A stretch of DNA of 64,000 nt from Callorhinchus milii (Eukaryota): NCBI RefSeq assembly GCF_018977255.1, contig NW_024704742.1:118172001-118236000 (forward strand). Direction: 5' to 3'. The translations under genes and the position numbers were made by a program. This document shows positions 36,921 through 49,750 of the stretch, piece by piece. Under the pieces are notes generated by a model. It saw only the letters and a program-made list of their open reading frames with translations. It was not told the origin of the DNA and did not search any database. Within the stretch, counting starts at the first letter, position 1; each line of letters begins with the position of its first letter.

Positions 36921-37552
36921 ATTTGCTGGAGCATGGTTGTAACTGGCACCTGGAGTTTTTTCAGACTGATGTTTCTACCCCCAAAAAAACTCTACTTAGC
37001 ATTTTTGAATTGATAATTGATTTGACAAATCCCACCTAATTGTTCAGTGTAAATAGTGACCTTTTCACTCTTAGTGAGGGTAAAAGAAGCAGACATGTGG
37101 AAATGTGAGAGCCAACTGAAACCATTGTTGTAAAGGGACTAGATGATGAATCCAATAACATTTGGGGAAGCTCTGGCAAAAAGATTTCCACATCTTTAAA
37201 ATAGAGAGAGATGTAACATGTGATGCAATAGATTAGTGTAAGTTTAGCTCAGTAGATTTTAAAGGTAGAATGATCCTAGGCCTGTGCTGTTTAAATGACT
37301 ATGTGTGGTATAATGGCATTGTTGTTGCCATCATTGAATAGATATTATCTTGGTATAGTTGATCGCACTGTTTGTTTTAGAAGATTGTAGGTTCACGTTG
37401 GGACTTTGAGCTCACAGTCTAGAATGATGCTTCAATGTAGTTCTGAGGGAGCCCAGCATCGTTGAAGATACCGCCCTTCACATGAAACATTAAAGAAAGT
37501 TCCTGGCTGCCTATTCAGGGGTATATTGCTCAGTGTAGCTCAGCGTAGCAAA

Positions 37553-38614
37553 GTTCTGTAGCTCAGTGGTTAGCGTACTTACTCGCAGGCGAGAGACCTG
37601 GGTTCATTTCCCGGCAGGGCAAAATGTCGTCCAAATTTCCTTACTCTACACGCCCTGTTTATCTAGCAGTAAGTAGGAATCCAGTTATTAGTTGATTAGT
37701 GGATCGCTTTTCCTCTGTTTTAAAGGAATTAATAATTCCCTTTCTAAAAAAAACATAATAATTTGGTCACTCAATCCATGACTGGTTGTGGGACACTGCT
37801 GTGCACAATTGGCTGCTCAACTGTCTTTTCTCCCCCACATTCAAGTCATGATCCGCTCTGTCTTCCCTCACCTCTGTAACATCGCCCGACTCCGCCACTA
37901 CCTCACCCCTCAGGCCGCTGAAACTGTTGTTCATGCCTTCGTCATCTCCAGGCTCGGCTATGCAAACTCCCTGCTTGTCAGCATTCCCAACTCCTCCTCC
38001 ACAGACTGCAGATAATGCAGAACTCTGCAGCCCGTGTCCTCTCCTGTGCCAAACTCCATGACCCCATCTCCCCCATTCTCACCCGACTCCATTAGCTCCC
38101 TATCCTTCAGAGGATCCAGTTCAAGATCCTGGTCCTCACATACAAAGCCCTCCATGGCCTCGTCCCACCCTACCTCTGCGACCTCCTAACCCCTTACCAA
38201 CTCGCCTGTTCTCTCCGCTCAGCCGGCTCTGGCCTGCTCCACGTCCCCCCGACCCATCCGCCCCACCATTGGCGGGAGAGCCTTCAGCCAACCTCTGAAA
38301 TTCCATCCCCCAGTCACTCCGCCTCGCACCCTCCTTCAAGTCCCGCCTCAAAACCCTCCTATTCGACCATGACATCGGCCACCCCCTTCCCCTCCCCTCC
38401 CGCGCCCCCCCAACCCCAGCTCGGGTCTGAAATGCTTTACTCTGTCCAGCTCCTTGGGACGTCCTCCTGACGTGAAAGAAGCTATACAAATGTAACCTTG
38501 TTGTTGTTTAGCCCACAAAATATACAGTCAATTCACTTTACAATTTATTCTGTCAAGCGCTTTATGACATCTTGAAGATATAATAAGGCACTATATCAAA
38601 TGCAGGTATTATTA
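37553..38614 (+). mobile_element. SINE with an L2 3' fragment (37818-38508) inserted in its body
   Basis: SINE stops at gtgcacaattggctgc and resumes at gcccacaaaatatacag after the L2 (TTG)n tail. Confidence 0.88.
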
Positions 38615-39082
38615 TGTAAAATATCTCAAAAAAGGAAAGGAGTTTCTCCTGGTATCCTGGTTAGATTATATTAGTCATCCACTTAATGGCTGTTTATAGG
38701 CCATTGCTGTGCGCACATTGGCTGCCACGTTTTGCCTGCAAAATATCCAGTCACAACACTTCACAGTAAATACTGTGAAGATCTTTGAGGTGTCCTCTCT
38801 TCGTGAAAGGCACTCGTTTTTATTATTTGGATGTGCCCTGCAGTAATGCTGTTTTAAATCCAATTACTCAAGCCAAAAACCGAATCCGGTTTTCATGCAT
38901 TGTTTGCAAATCTCTCAGCTTCAAAATAGATGGGTAAATCTGTGAGTCATTAAAATAGTGTATGGAATAATTTTGATGTTTAATTTTTAAGAAAGGTTAC
39001 AGACAGTCTAGCATTGAGACAATCATGTAGGAGAAATGTTTCAAAATGCTTTAAGGAATGATATTAATTAGAAATTAATGTT

Positions 39083-39362
39083 ATAATAATCCTTGCATTT
39101 GATATAGCACCCGATCATGAAATATTACTTCATGAAATATACTGTAAAGTGTAGTGACTGTATATTTTGTGGGCGAAACGCGGCAGCCAATTGCGAACAG
39201 CAGTGTCCCACATACAGCCGTGGATTGAGTGACAAAATTATAAATTGTGTTTTTTTAAGGGATTATTACCCCCAGAAAAGCAATCCGCCAATCAACTAAG
39301 AACTGGGTTCCTACTTACTGCTTGGTAAACAGAGGCGTTTGGAGTAAGGAAACTTGCCTAAC
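39083..39362 (-). mobile_element. SINE, 5' truncated
   Basis: Reverse complement of the family body and tail. Confidence 0.85.
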
Positions 39363-42334
39363 ATTTTATTTAAGAAAATATGAGTTATTGTGGTGGGAGC
39401 GGAAGGAAGTACAGGATTCTGCCCCACACACATGCGGGTTTACGGACAAACATGGAAGTTGTTATCTGTCAGTAAAGTCCTACAAACAATGGATGAGTGG
39501 TTAAAGTGCTTAGATAAAGGGAAGATATAAATCCAAATAACCAGTGGGAAAACATCAGTTTGAAGTGGCAGAGAAGAGGGACAACTTCCCTTATTGGAAC
39601 AAATACGTAATGAGAGAATTTGAGGAAGTGAAATATGCAGGAATTTTTATACTTAAAACTTTTTTTAGGGTTTTAATCGTATTGAATTGAATCTGATCTT
39701 TTAGTACCTCTTAATAGTTGTCTTTTGCAGCAATAATGGTTGTGATATGAAAACAGAATTTTGCAAAATAATGGCTGTCTCAGGGAGCCAGGGTTTCACA
39801 TGATCTTCTGATAATCAAATAGTTAAATGTTTAAAATGTATTGATATGTTTTAATGGTGTCATTCAAATATAGAAACTATGTTATACAGGCAACCAACAT
39901 GAGATCTAAATTTATCCTCATTCCCACAATCTTTTGATGCAACTTGTATATGTTTGATGAGAATCAGAGAAACTTACAGCACACAAGGAGGCCATTTGAC
40001 CCATATTGTCTGTGCCGGCTCTTTGAAAGAGCTATCCAACTCGTCCTCCTTCGCTCTTACCCTGTAAGCTCTGCAATTTTTTCCTTTATCTCTGGGATTT
40101 CTATATGTAGTTGGGATGCATGGAAATCTCGGCTTGGTTTGGATACACTTAAGCATGGTGATGGGTTTCCACATGTGTCAGACACCCAGCTGAGCAAAAA
40201 AACAATAGAACACTTTATAATGGGGCTGCACTGAAAAATGCTGAGATTCTAGTAATAATGATAATCCTGGCATTTGATATAGTGTCAGATAGGCTCCCTT
40301 GAGACATTTTCTCCTCAACTATGAGTCCAATTGTAAAATTCTGCTGAACAGAACATGAACAGTGCATGAAATTTTGATTGTCAAAATACCGAGGACTGCA
40401 TAGGCCAATTGCTTTTGGTTGTGTAGTATTGTACTGTACAACACAACTTTCAGATTTCCAACAATGCCTTTCTTGTGACAGGTATATGATGAGTTCAGCT
40501 TTGTGTGACTTGGCTAACCTTCTAATTGTGCAACTTACAAGGTTAGATCCTCTATTTTTGAGTAGTTGCAGCCTTTTAATGTTGAATCTGTTTCTTGACA
40601 TTCCAGGATAATCAACTGATATTTTATTCAGAATAGTAAAATCAGTTTGAGGATCCTGAATGTGAGCATCTGCAATAGTTACAGTCGTCATTCTTTTTGA
40701 AAAAAACCAATTGACTTTTCCTAGTGGGAAGATAGAGGGGTGTTTAGGTCGAATGTGCATTCCCAAGTAGGTTAGCTCTGTAAAGGTTTCGGTATGTGGG
40801 AAATTATGACTGGGACTATCTGAAGAGAGTTTTTAAGAAAAAAATTACTAGCCTCTAATTTACTTCCTCCTAAAGGAGCTGATTCCTGTTTGGGTACAGT
40901 TCCATAGATTAATATTCCCTTATGCACTGTTTTAGTTGTATGTCAACCCAGTCCTCTTTCTGATAGCATTCTATCTATGCTGTTGCTTGGAAATTGGGGC
41001 TTTCTGGGGCAGTTGACCATTTTTGTTTCTCGCTAGTACTGTCGTTCTCTAGGCCCAATGGAGACCCGTTTGGCTGCCTGAGGTCATATGAAGGTCATTT
41101 TGATCCTTCAAAGGTTGTATGATCTGGGTTTCTTTGTGAATAAAGGAACTTATAACTACACGTTATTGATGATGGATAGCAGACGAAAGTCTTGCAAGGG
41201 GGAGATGGCAATGTATATTTCTAGTTTAACCGGCTTGGTGTTCACCATCTCCAAGTTTTATTACAGTTTTGTATTCAGATGTGCTTAATCTGCAATGGCC
41301 AGAGAAGTACATGCAGCAGCAATAAATTTCCTTGCAGTACTAGTAATAAATCTTGCAGTACCCATCAACTGAATTAGTAGCATCACAATTGATTTTTGTT
41401 GAAATGCTTAATGATTGTGCTGAGGTTAGAGAGATCCAGTCTTTCTTCTTAGGAAGTGCAGCCCTTTGCTGCTGTGCCACTGCATAAAATTTGCAAAATA
41501 TTGCAGTGGCGTATTATTTTGTCACTTTGTCCAGCTGTTTGCCATACATGTGAAAGAGTATAATTTAAAGTCTCACGTCTTATAGCAGCTGCTGTTTATG
41601 TGGCAGCATTTTCTGGCAATTTTATGCATTTATAATTATTCCACTGATGTTGTGCTTTTAATCAATTTAATTTTAACTAGAGTATTTTCACACTTCACTA
41701 TTTTGATTACTGCACTTTGGGTTCAGGAAAAGATAATTAATGCTAGAGTTAGTCCTTCTTGAAAACTTAATTTTACATTACGGTGGGGAATGTAAAAGAT
41801 AATACCCAGGTTGTCTTGAAGAGAATGACTGGTTGTGAATATGCCTTTGACTTGTGTTGCTTTTACCTTGCAGTTCTGGAAGTTTTTTTTTAAATAGTCA
41901 CCGTGTCCCCAGTGTCTTTATATGGCTGCCGTGCTATTAGAGATTGCTTTCCATCACTCAAATAAACAAGCCATATCTATGAGATGCACCTGAAAGCCAT
42001 GCGACTTTCCTCCTAGCTTTTTATTGCAGTTATTGCTACAGTTATTTGGTGAGCAGAGATCACAAAATTATTCTCATAGTGGTGCTTGTGCATGAAGTCT
42101 TAATATTAACGCTGTCGAGACGGCTAGATCAACTCATTCTGACTGCAACCTTTATTGAGTTGGATCTTATGTCCAACGGTAAACGACTGTAGTACTATAA
42201 TGTAAAAACAGTGCTCTTTGCAGAGATTTATTTATTCAGCAGTGTGAATGAACCAGATTCGAGAGGACTTTGCTGGAAGTCATGTTTACACTGTTGATGA
42301 TGGTCAGCTAAATGATTGTTTTCTTCTATTGCAG

Positions 42335-42412
42335 GATCCATCAGTTACACAGGTGACAAAAAATAATCCACCAGGACTGGAGGAATATAATCCTTTCACA
42401 GATTCACGAACG
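42335..42412 (+). CDS. SCAMP1: SCAMP1 exon 2
   Basis: tgcag|[26 protein letters not shown]|gtatga; third NPF motif; 78 nt, phase 0-0. Confidence 0.96.
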
Positions 42413-42519
42413 GTATGAGAATTCTAATACACCTACAGCATTTTATATCTATGTAGTCTGGGTCCCCAAATTCTAACCTGCCTTGTAACTGTGTAATAGA
42501 GCACAGAAACCTAGTCCAC

Positions 42520-44395
42520 AAAAATAACAACTTGCATTTATTTATATAATGTCGTTCACATAGGAAAAGGTCTTGGAACTCTGTTCAGTGGCAGTGTGGG
42601 ACACTGAGTAAGGGGAGGTTTTCAGGTGGGATTTAAAGATGGCTGGAGAGGGAATGAGCCATAGGGATTGAGGCAGGGATCAGGGGCACAGTAGCTGAAG
42701 GCTCAGCAATCGATGGAGGGGTCTGGGGACATGCACTAGGGTTGGGTTAGCTCAGTGCAGGAGGAAGGAGTGTTGCATGAGCATGTCGGAGAGGTCGGGA
42801 AGTGCTAGGGTGTGAAGGGTTTGTATCTGAGGATCTTGAAGATCCTTTCGGAGATGGGGAGCCTGGGAAAGTTTGGGGCGATGAACATGCAGAGTTTGGT
42901 GCAGTTGAGAATATAGGTGGCTGAGTTTTGGATGAGTTGGACCTTGTGGATAGTAGAAGTAGGGAGACCAGTGAGGAGTGTGTTTGAGAAATCAAGATGA
43001 CAAGTGTGGATGAGAGTTTCAGCAGACCTCGCTTTCATTCAAAACCCAGACTTATTTCAGATGTTCAGAACCATATCAAATGGGTGTGTGCCCAATGATA
43101 GCTCATTTGCAAATTTGTAGCAAGTTTCTGCCTTCCACCACCCATGTAGCTGAAATAGCAGACAAACTGCTCACTTCAAAGATAAGATAGCACTCAATCA
43201 TTAATGGTTTCAAATTCAAAATGTCTGCATACAGGCTGCAGAACAAAATGCAAAACGTTCTTCAGTATAAAATAATTTAGTACTTGGACTTAATTTGAGT
43301 GAACGTGTATTGGTTGGTGTGAAACAACCGGAATGATTTCTCCTCCCGCTCCTGCCCAGGGACCTGCGGATTACCCCAGGGCTCCATCCTTGGCCTCTCT
43401 TATCTATATGTTCCCTCTTGGCGATGTCATCCACAGACACGGGGTAAACTTTCACATGTATGCAGGTGACACACAAATCTACTTTGCCTCCTCCAGTACC
43501 AACTCTAGATCTGCCAATGTTCTATCAGCCTGTCTGCCAAACATCAGTGCCTGGATGAGCGCAGACTTCCTGCAGCTGAATGTGGACAAGACGGAAACCA
43601 TACTCCTTTGCTCCCGTCAATGTCTTCACTCCTGCGGATATGAACTCCTCAAGCTCCCTGGGCTCTCCCTCACCAGTGCGCAATCTAAGCATCTGGATTG
43701 ATGCGCAGCTGTCCTTCCTCCCTCACATCCTTTCCCTAACTAGTACCGCCTTCTTCCACCTCCACCACATTACCCGCCTCCGACCATACCTTACCCCAAA
43801 TGCAGCCAAAACCCTCGTGCATGTGCTTGCCACCTCCTGCTTGGATTACTCAAACACACTCCTTGCTGGTCTCCCCAGCTCCACTATTCAAAAAACCTAG
43901 CTCATTCAGAACTCTGCCCCCCCCCCCCGCATACTGATCTGTACAAAACTCAGTGCCCACATCTCACCAGTTCTGGCCAGCCTCCACTGGCTCCCCATCA
44001 CTGAACGGTTCGACTTAAAGATCCTCACACTCGTGTTCAAATCCCTTCACTCTCTGGCACTTCCCTACCTCTTCGACCTCCACACTCGCCAATCCACCAC
44101 CTGGCACCTCTGCTCGACTGGCACCGGCCTCCTGCTTGTCCCTCGCACCCTCCACCCCACTATCGGACATCGCATTTTCAGCCACAACACTCCGAAATTC
44201 TGGAACACTCTCCCTCAATCCCTTGGCCTTGCCCCCTCTCTCCCCTTTTTGAAGTCCCACCTGAAAACCTTCCTCTTCGACCATGCTTACGGCCACCTCC
44301 GCCCACCTCCACCCCACTTGGAGTCAGGCTCTGGCACTGTTAAGCACTCTGAGACGCTACATAAGAATCACTGTATAAGTGCAAGTTGTTGTGAG
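42520..44395. mobile_element. Two L2 copies in SCAMP1 intron 2 (minus 42520-43030, plus 43335-44395)
   Basis: FHMYAGDTQIYF, FLQLNVDKTE, CLDYSNTLLAGLP on plus; HLDFSNTLLTGLP on minus. Confidence 0.85.
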
Positions 44396-44528
44396 AAAAA
44401 GATTCTCGGGCACAAATGATTTTGAGTGTAATTGAATGTGAGCACTACATAAAGGCTCAGTGAAATTGTGTTGGTGTACATTGTATGAAATCTACCTTAT
44501 TATTCCTGTCTTAATATTTATTACTCAG

Positions 44529-44627
44529 GCACCACCAAGGGATGTTGAGAAACCTCCTGTGCCCAGTACGCAGCCAGCCATTATGAACCCCACAGAAGAG
44601 CCACCGGCATATTCGCCACGAGCACAG
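44529..44627 (+). CDS. SCAMP1: SCAMP1 exon 3 (followed by non-canonical GC donor)
   Basis: ctcag|APPRDVEKPPVPSTQPAIMNPTEEPPAYSPRAQ|gcaagt; 99 nt, aligns with human [33 protein letters not shown]. Confidence 0.92.
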
Positions 44628-44721
44628 GCAAGTTCAAATGTAATTGTTACCTAATTTCAGTGGGAATTTGATGTTGGGGGTGCAAACACATCTATAAATA
44701 ATTTTGATACATGAAACTTTC

Positions 44722-45140
44722 AATAATAATAATACTTGCATTTGATATAAGTGTCATACCACATGGTCAACTTCTCAAAGCACTTCGCAGGATGTACTGT
44801 AAAGTGGATTGACTGTGCATTGTGTGGGTGAACGCAGCAGCCAGTTGCACCCAGCAATGTCCCACATACGGACATGAAGAGAGTCACCATCTTTTTTACT
44901 TTGAGGGATTGCTTGTCAGAACACTGGGGAATCTCCCTTCTCTTTTTGACTGGTGCCATTGGGATCTTTAAAGTCGAGCTGAACAGACTCTGTTTAATGT
45001 CTCATCCGAAGGATGGCACCTTCGACAATGCAACACACACCCACCACTACATTGGAGTGTCATTTTAGACTATGTGACCTGGGGTTAAACCCACAGCCTT
45101 CTGACTCAGAAGCTAGAGTACTACCACTGAGCCAGGCAGA
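44722..45140 (-). mobile_element. Deu-domain-type SINE (SacSINE1/AmnSINE-like core) with the same 3' half as the Ala-SINE
   Basis: Head gcctggctcagtggtagtactctagcttctgagtcagaaggctgtgggtt; core (read on plus) tttaatgtctcatccgaaggatggcaccttcgacaatgca; shared body and (TTA)n tail. Confidence 0.75.
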
Positions 45141-46667
45141 CATTTTAACTGGAAGAATCAAATGCAGGAATTCCCACAGCGCTCTGTTTTAAAAGAAACG
45201 CCTATGGGTTGATATTAATGTGTCTACCATTTTCGGTGAATGCACTGGTATCCCCATGATGTTCTCAGATATGGGGTGGGCTGGGTGTACTTCCTTGCAT
45301 GCAACACACTATTTTGGTCTGGTCTGTTCTTTGTTTTGGGTAATCTCTATCCTGTTCTGGGATGTTAATTGTCTTGTGGTGGTTAAAATATCAAGGTTAT
45401 CGACTAGTTCACTGAAGTTATAGCATGGTTTAAAAAAAGCAGTCAAAATTCAAGTGAATAACATTTCTGTGAAAAGCATCTGAATTTGAAAACTGAAATC
45501 CCAGAAGTATCTGACATTTCAGTTCATAATTCTAAATTTGAATATTAAATTTTAGGTAGTTGAATTGAATATCTAATTGGATTACTTTTGTCAGTGTGAT
45601 GAGGAGCCTACTAAAATGATATAAAAAATGTTTCCCGAAATCCTTTATTTCTTGCTTCAAAGCTTGCTTTATATAATGTTTTATTCGATGCATTTAAATA
45701 AAAGTTCTTATTTCATATTTAGTTTTAAAACAACATGGTGGATTTGCTCAGTCTGCTTTGAATCTGCATAGAGTCAATACAGTATATCCCAGGGGTGTCA
45801 AACTCTTCTGGCTACAAGGTTAGCACTGTTCATTTAGTGGGCCATACTGTTCAAAAAAATGATACATCATAATGTACCTGAAAATGTCTTGTGTGTGTGT
45901 ATATTTGCGCATATACGAATTAGCACAAAACATTTCCCCCGCTGCATCAAATTCCTAGTCGTAAAAAAAAGTCTGCAGGTTAATGCTAATTCTCAATAGA
46001 TAAGTCCAAATATTTAACTTACATTCCAAAAATAAAACGGTTTTTAACATCATTAAAACAAAAAATACTGGCAGGCTATGAAAATGCCATTTAGTACCTC
46101 TATGAAATTTAGCTTTCTGTAACTTCTGGACTCTTGGTACTTCTTTAAATGAACCAGTTTTGTGGTATCTGCGCTGCATCCTTAGCTGTGGTTACTTGCA
46201 ATACGCCAGCCAAGTGTTATTCTGTAAGCCTTGATCTGGCTTTGATTTGTTAAAGCTCATTGTCGAGAAGAGCTGCTTGTAAATGTAAGTGCTTTCAAAT
46301 AAACTCAGGATTTTGAGTTCAAATTCTGACAATTTAAGGAACTTGTTGACTGGAACATACCGTTAGATATCTTGTGGGGCACTTTGATTTTCAGTGCAAG
46401 GGTAAAAATTCAACAGTCAGCTCAATTTGAAGATCTGGCAGGGCTGTTGTCATACCAAAGGTAAATGGATTTGCAAATAATTGAACAACGTTTTGATGAA
46501 ACTGGAAGTCTTAAAATTGACAATCGTTATGAGACAAACTGACATTAGCAAAATGTTGTCTTGTTTCAGGGATGTTTTAAGCATGCACCTTTTAACAAAT
46601 TTGTCATCTGTACCAAATATTGAGGAAGCTATTAGGTTTTTGAAATGTTGAAATATTTGTTGTTCAG

Positions 46668-46776
46668 GAAGCTGCTGCAGCACAGGCTGAACTACTGAGA
46701 CGTCAGGAAGAATTGGAGCAAAAGGCAGCAGAGCTTGACCGGCGGGAACGTGAGATGAAAAATCTCAGCTATGATC
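46668..46776 (+). CDS. SCAMP1: SCAMP1 exon 4 (coiled coil)
   Basis: ttcag|[36 protein letters not shown]+C|gtatgt; 109 nt. Confidence 0.96.
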
Positions 46777-48013
46777 GTATGTATTGTCTATGGGCAATCC
46801 TTTCACTAAGTCGGTTTGAGAATCACATTGGCTTGCTTAGCCTAATTAGTTTTTCCTGTTTTTTTGTCTTATTGATAGCGATAGCTGATGTAGTTCATTG
46901 ATAACAAAATATTTGGGCATAAAAGAACGGAAGATTCAGATAAATAGTATTAAAAGCTTATTCAGGTCCCAGATGATTCACTTGATAAAATCATTGCTTA
47001 GCGTGAAACTGAGCCATGCATGCCTGAGGACCCTGGTCTGTGTTGACTCAACTGATGTAAGCCAGAACAGAGTAAATATAAGATTTGATTGCGGTGTTTC
47101 TGGGCTAGAGGTGGAAAAATCAGACCAGGTTCCTTCCTGCTTCTATTTATCACTCAGTGTCCCCTGTTGCACACATGTGTTGCTCCCAGGTGAGGCTCAA
47201 GTTCAACTGTGATGCTTTCCTCAATTCAGTAACATACCAGAATCTGCTGTCTAGACTAACCTGAACAATTGTTCGCTTAGATGAGGTATTGAGTGTCAAG
47301 TGTCTGTGAAACAGAATCTCTTTGTGCCTTCAGGAGAGGAAATTTGGATTCAACATATGTAACAACCATTTACATCAGTTATTAACGCACTTATTCAAAG
47401 CAAGCTAACCCAAATAATGAAACAATTTCTCAAAGCTCCAGTAATAACATTTCAGAACAGACTAGAGGTCTCAAGGAAGCTATTGTAGCAAATTGAGATC
47501 TTAGTTTGACTGGTCATTGACTGTAAACCTCTTTCTGCTATTCTGTTTCTCTTATTTTATAGTTTAAGAATGTTTTCATGTGTTTCTCAGCTTCCAAAAA
47601 AAATTGGTTGTGATGAAAGAAATTGAAGTCAATTTAATGGTACCATGGATAACCTTCATCCAGGATCATAGCATTTCTTGTTGGGAGAAATCTTTTAATT
47701 AATCTGCAGCATCAAGATAAACCTAATTATCCAGTATTTTGTGTATTCTAAGCAACTAGTTGATATGGCTATCTTTACAGATTTTTGTAGGGTAACTTAA
47801 TTTATACTGTACTATTGATGAAAACTCTTATGTATAAGGTGGTGTGTGTGTGGTGGTGGGGCAGGGGGGTGCGAGAAACAAACACTAAAGTTCTATTTAC
47901 ATGATTTTCTTCCTTGAGAAACTTTCTGTGGGATAGGAGAAAGATATTTTGAATTATGCTTTATTCGTAATTCACTTGGAACACAATAAGTGATTATTTG
48001 TTTCCTTTTGCAG

Positions 48014-48142
48014 CTCGGAAGAATAACTGGCCTCCACTTCCTGAACGATGTCCTGTAGGACCGTGTTTCTATCAGGATTTCTCTGTAGACATCCCTGTGG
48101 AATTTCAAAAAACAGTGAAGATGCTGTACTACTTATGGACGT
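48014..48142 (+). CDS. SCAMP1: SCAMP1 exon 5
   Basis: tgcag|(P)[42 protein letters not shown]+T|gtatgt; SCAMP NNWPPLP / PCFYQD signature; 129 nt. Confidence 0.97.
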
Positions 48143-48554
48143 GTATGTAAATTTTACTATCACCAAGCTGTATTGGCTCGTAAGATTTAGTTGTTCCACC
48201 GCATGGTAGAATAATTGTTGTAATACACTAAACCCCAGGGTAGCTGGACTAATGGGGAGGAGATCTGGTCAGAGCTGGAATTTCTGGCTAAATGTAATTT
48301 AAATGATAGTGTAGTTGTTTGACTCCCATGAGCAGAAGGTAGTGAATAAGTTGTCTTCTGCTTGTGGGATTACCAATGAGTTAAAGTCGATATCTCTGGC
48401 CACTGAAGGCCAGTGGTGAGGTGGTGGCACGAGCGAGCATAGTTGACTGGCTCTGCGTGCGAGGGTCCGCGGAAATATTTTTCATTTTTATGTTTGAGAC
48501 CCAGTCCGGCTAAATAGGAATTCTGGATACCCGCAGTCTGATAAGCTGGGGGGT

Positions 48555-49750
48555 TACAACAACAACATTACATTTGTATAGCCTCTTTCATATTGGGAGG
48601 ACGTCCCAAGGTGCTGGACAGACAGAGTTTCAGACCTGAGCTGTGGGTCGGAGAGGGTGGAGGGCAGAGGGGGACGCAGGGAGATCGACAGCATGGTCGA
48701 AGAGGAGGGTCTTGAGATGGGTCTTGAAGGTGGCAAGGGAGGGGGCGAGGCGGTGGGATGGAGTTCCAGAGGGTGGGGGCAGATTGGCAGAAGGCCGGCC
48801 CGCCCGCCAATAGTGGGGCAAGTGAGGTGGGGACTTGTTGCAGGCTGGAGCCCGCTGAGCGGAGGGAGAGAGCAGGATGGTAGGGGGCTAGGAGGTCGCA
48901 GATGTAGGGGCGAGCAAGACCGTGGAGGGCTTTGAAGGTGAGGACGAGGATCTTGAACTGTATCCTCTGTAAGATGGGAAGCCAGTGTAGTTGGGTGTGC
49001 TTGGGGGTGATAGGTTCGCGGAGCCTAGTGCAGGAGAGGACACAGGATGCAAAGTTCTGGATGATCTGCAGCCTGTGGAGGGAGGATTTGGGGAGGCTGA
49101 CAAGCAGTGTGTTTGCATAGTCAAGCCTCGACGTATTGAAAGCATGTATGAGGGTTTGGGCGGCCTGCGGTGTAAGACAGTGGAGGAGCCGGGCGACATT
49201 GTGGAGGTGGGGGAAGGCAGAGAGGGTCATGGCGCAGATGTGGGGTAGAAAGGGTAGTTGAGGGTCAAACAAGATGCCAAGGTCCTGGACTGGCTTAACA
49301 AGGTGGAGTGTGCAACCATGGATGGTGATGCTGTCAATGCCTGAGGTGTGGAGGCACTGACGGGAGCCAATCAGGAGAGCCTCAGTCTTGTTGATGTTCA
49401 ACTGAAGAAAGTTTGCTCTCATCCAGGACTTGATGTCCGACAGACATTCTGTCAGCACAGCAGTGGTCCTGGAGTCAAGGGTGGAGGCAGAGAGATAGAC
49501 TTGGGTGTCATCCGCATACCTGTGGAAGTTGACCCCATGTTTGCGGATGCTGTCACCTAGAGGGAGCATGTAGATATTGAAGAGGAGGGAACCAAGGACA
49601 GAGCGCTGAGGAACGCCGCATGAGACGGTGCGGGGGCTAGAGGAGAAGCCGTTTGTGGAGATGAAGTGAAGGTGGTGTGAGACCTACAATCTAAACCAGT
49701 CAAGGACAGCCGTGAAGGTTGAGGTGAGAGGAGGTGGGTGAGGATAGAGG
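48555..49750 (-). mobile_element. L2 LINE 3' part in SCAMP1 intron 5
   Basis: 333-aa ORF 48568-49569 with RYADDTQVY, DLGILFDPQL, SRLDYANTLL, LHWLPI; tail at 48555-48620. Confidence 0.95.

Noticed and set aside
40480-40625. Possible intronic C/D box snoRNA (ATGATGA 40486, CTGA 40616)
   Set aside because: Weak terminal stem, no recognisable C'/D' boxes or rRNA guide; such motifs are common by chance.
40215-40766. 183-aa minus-strand ORF in SCAMP1 intron 1
   Set aside because: No recognisable domain, non-ATG start, and it ends in SINE tail sequence.
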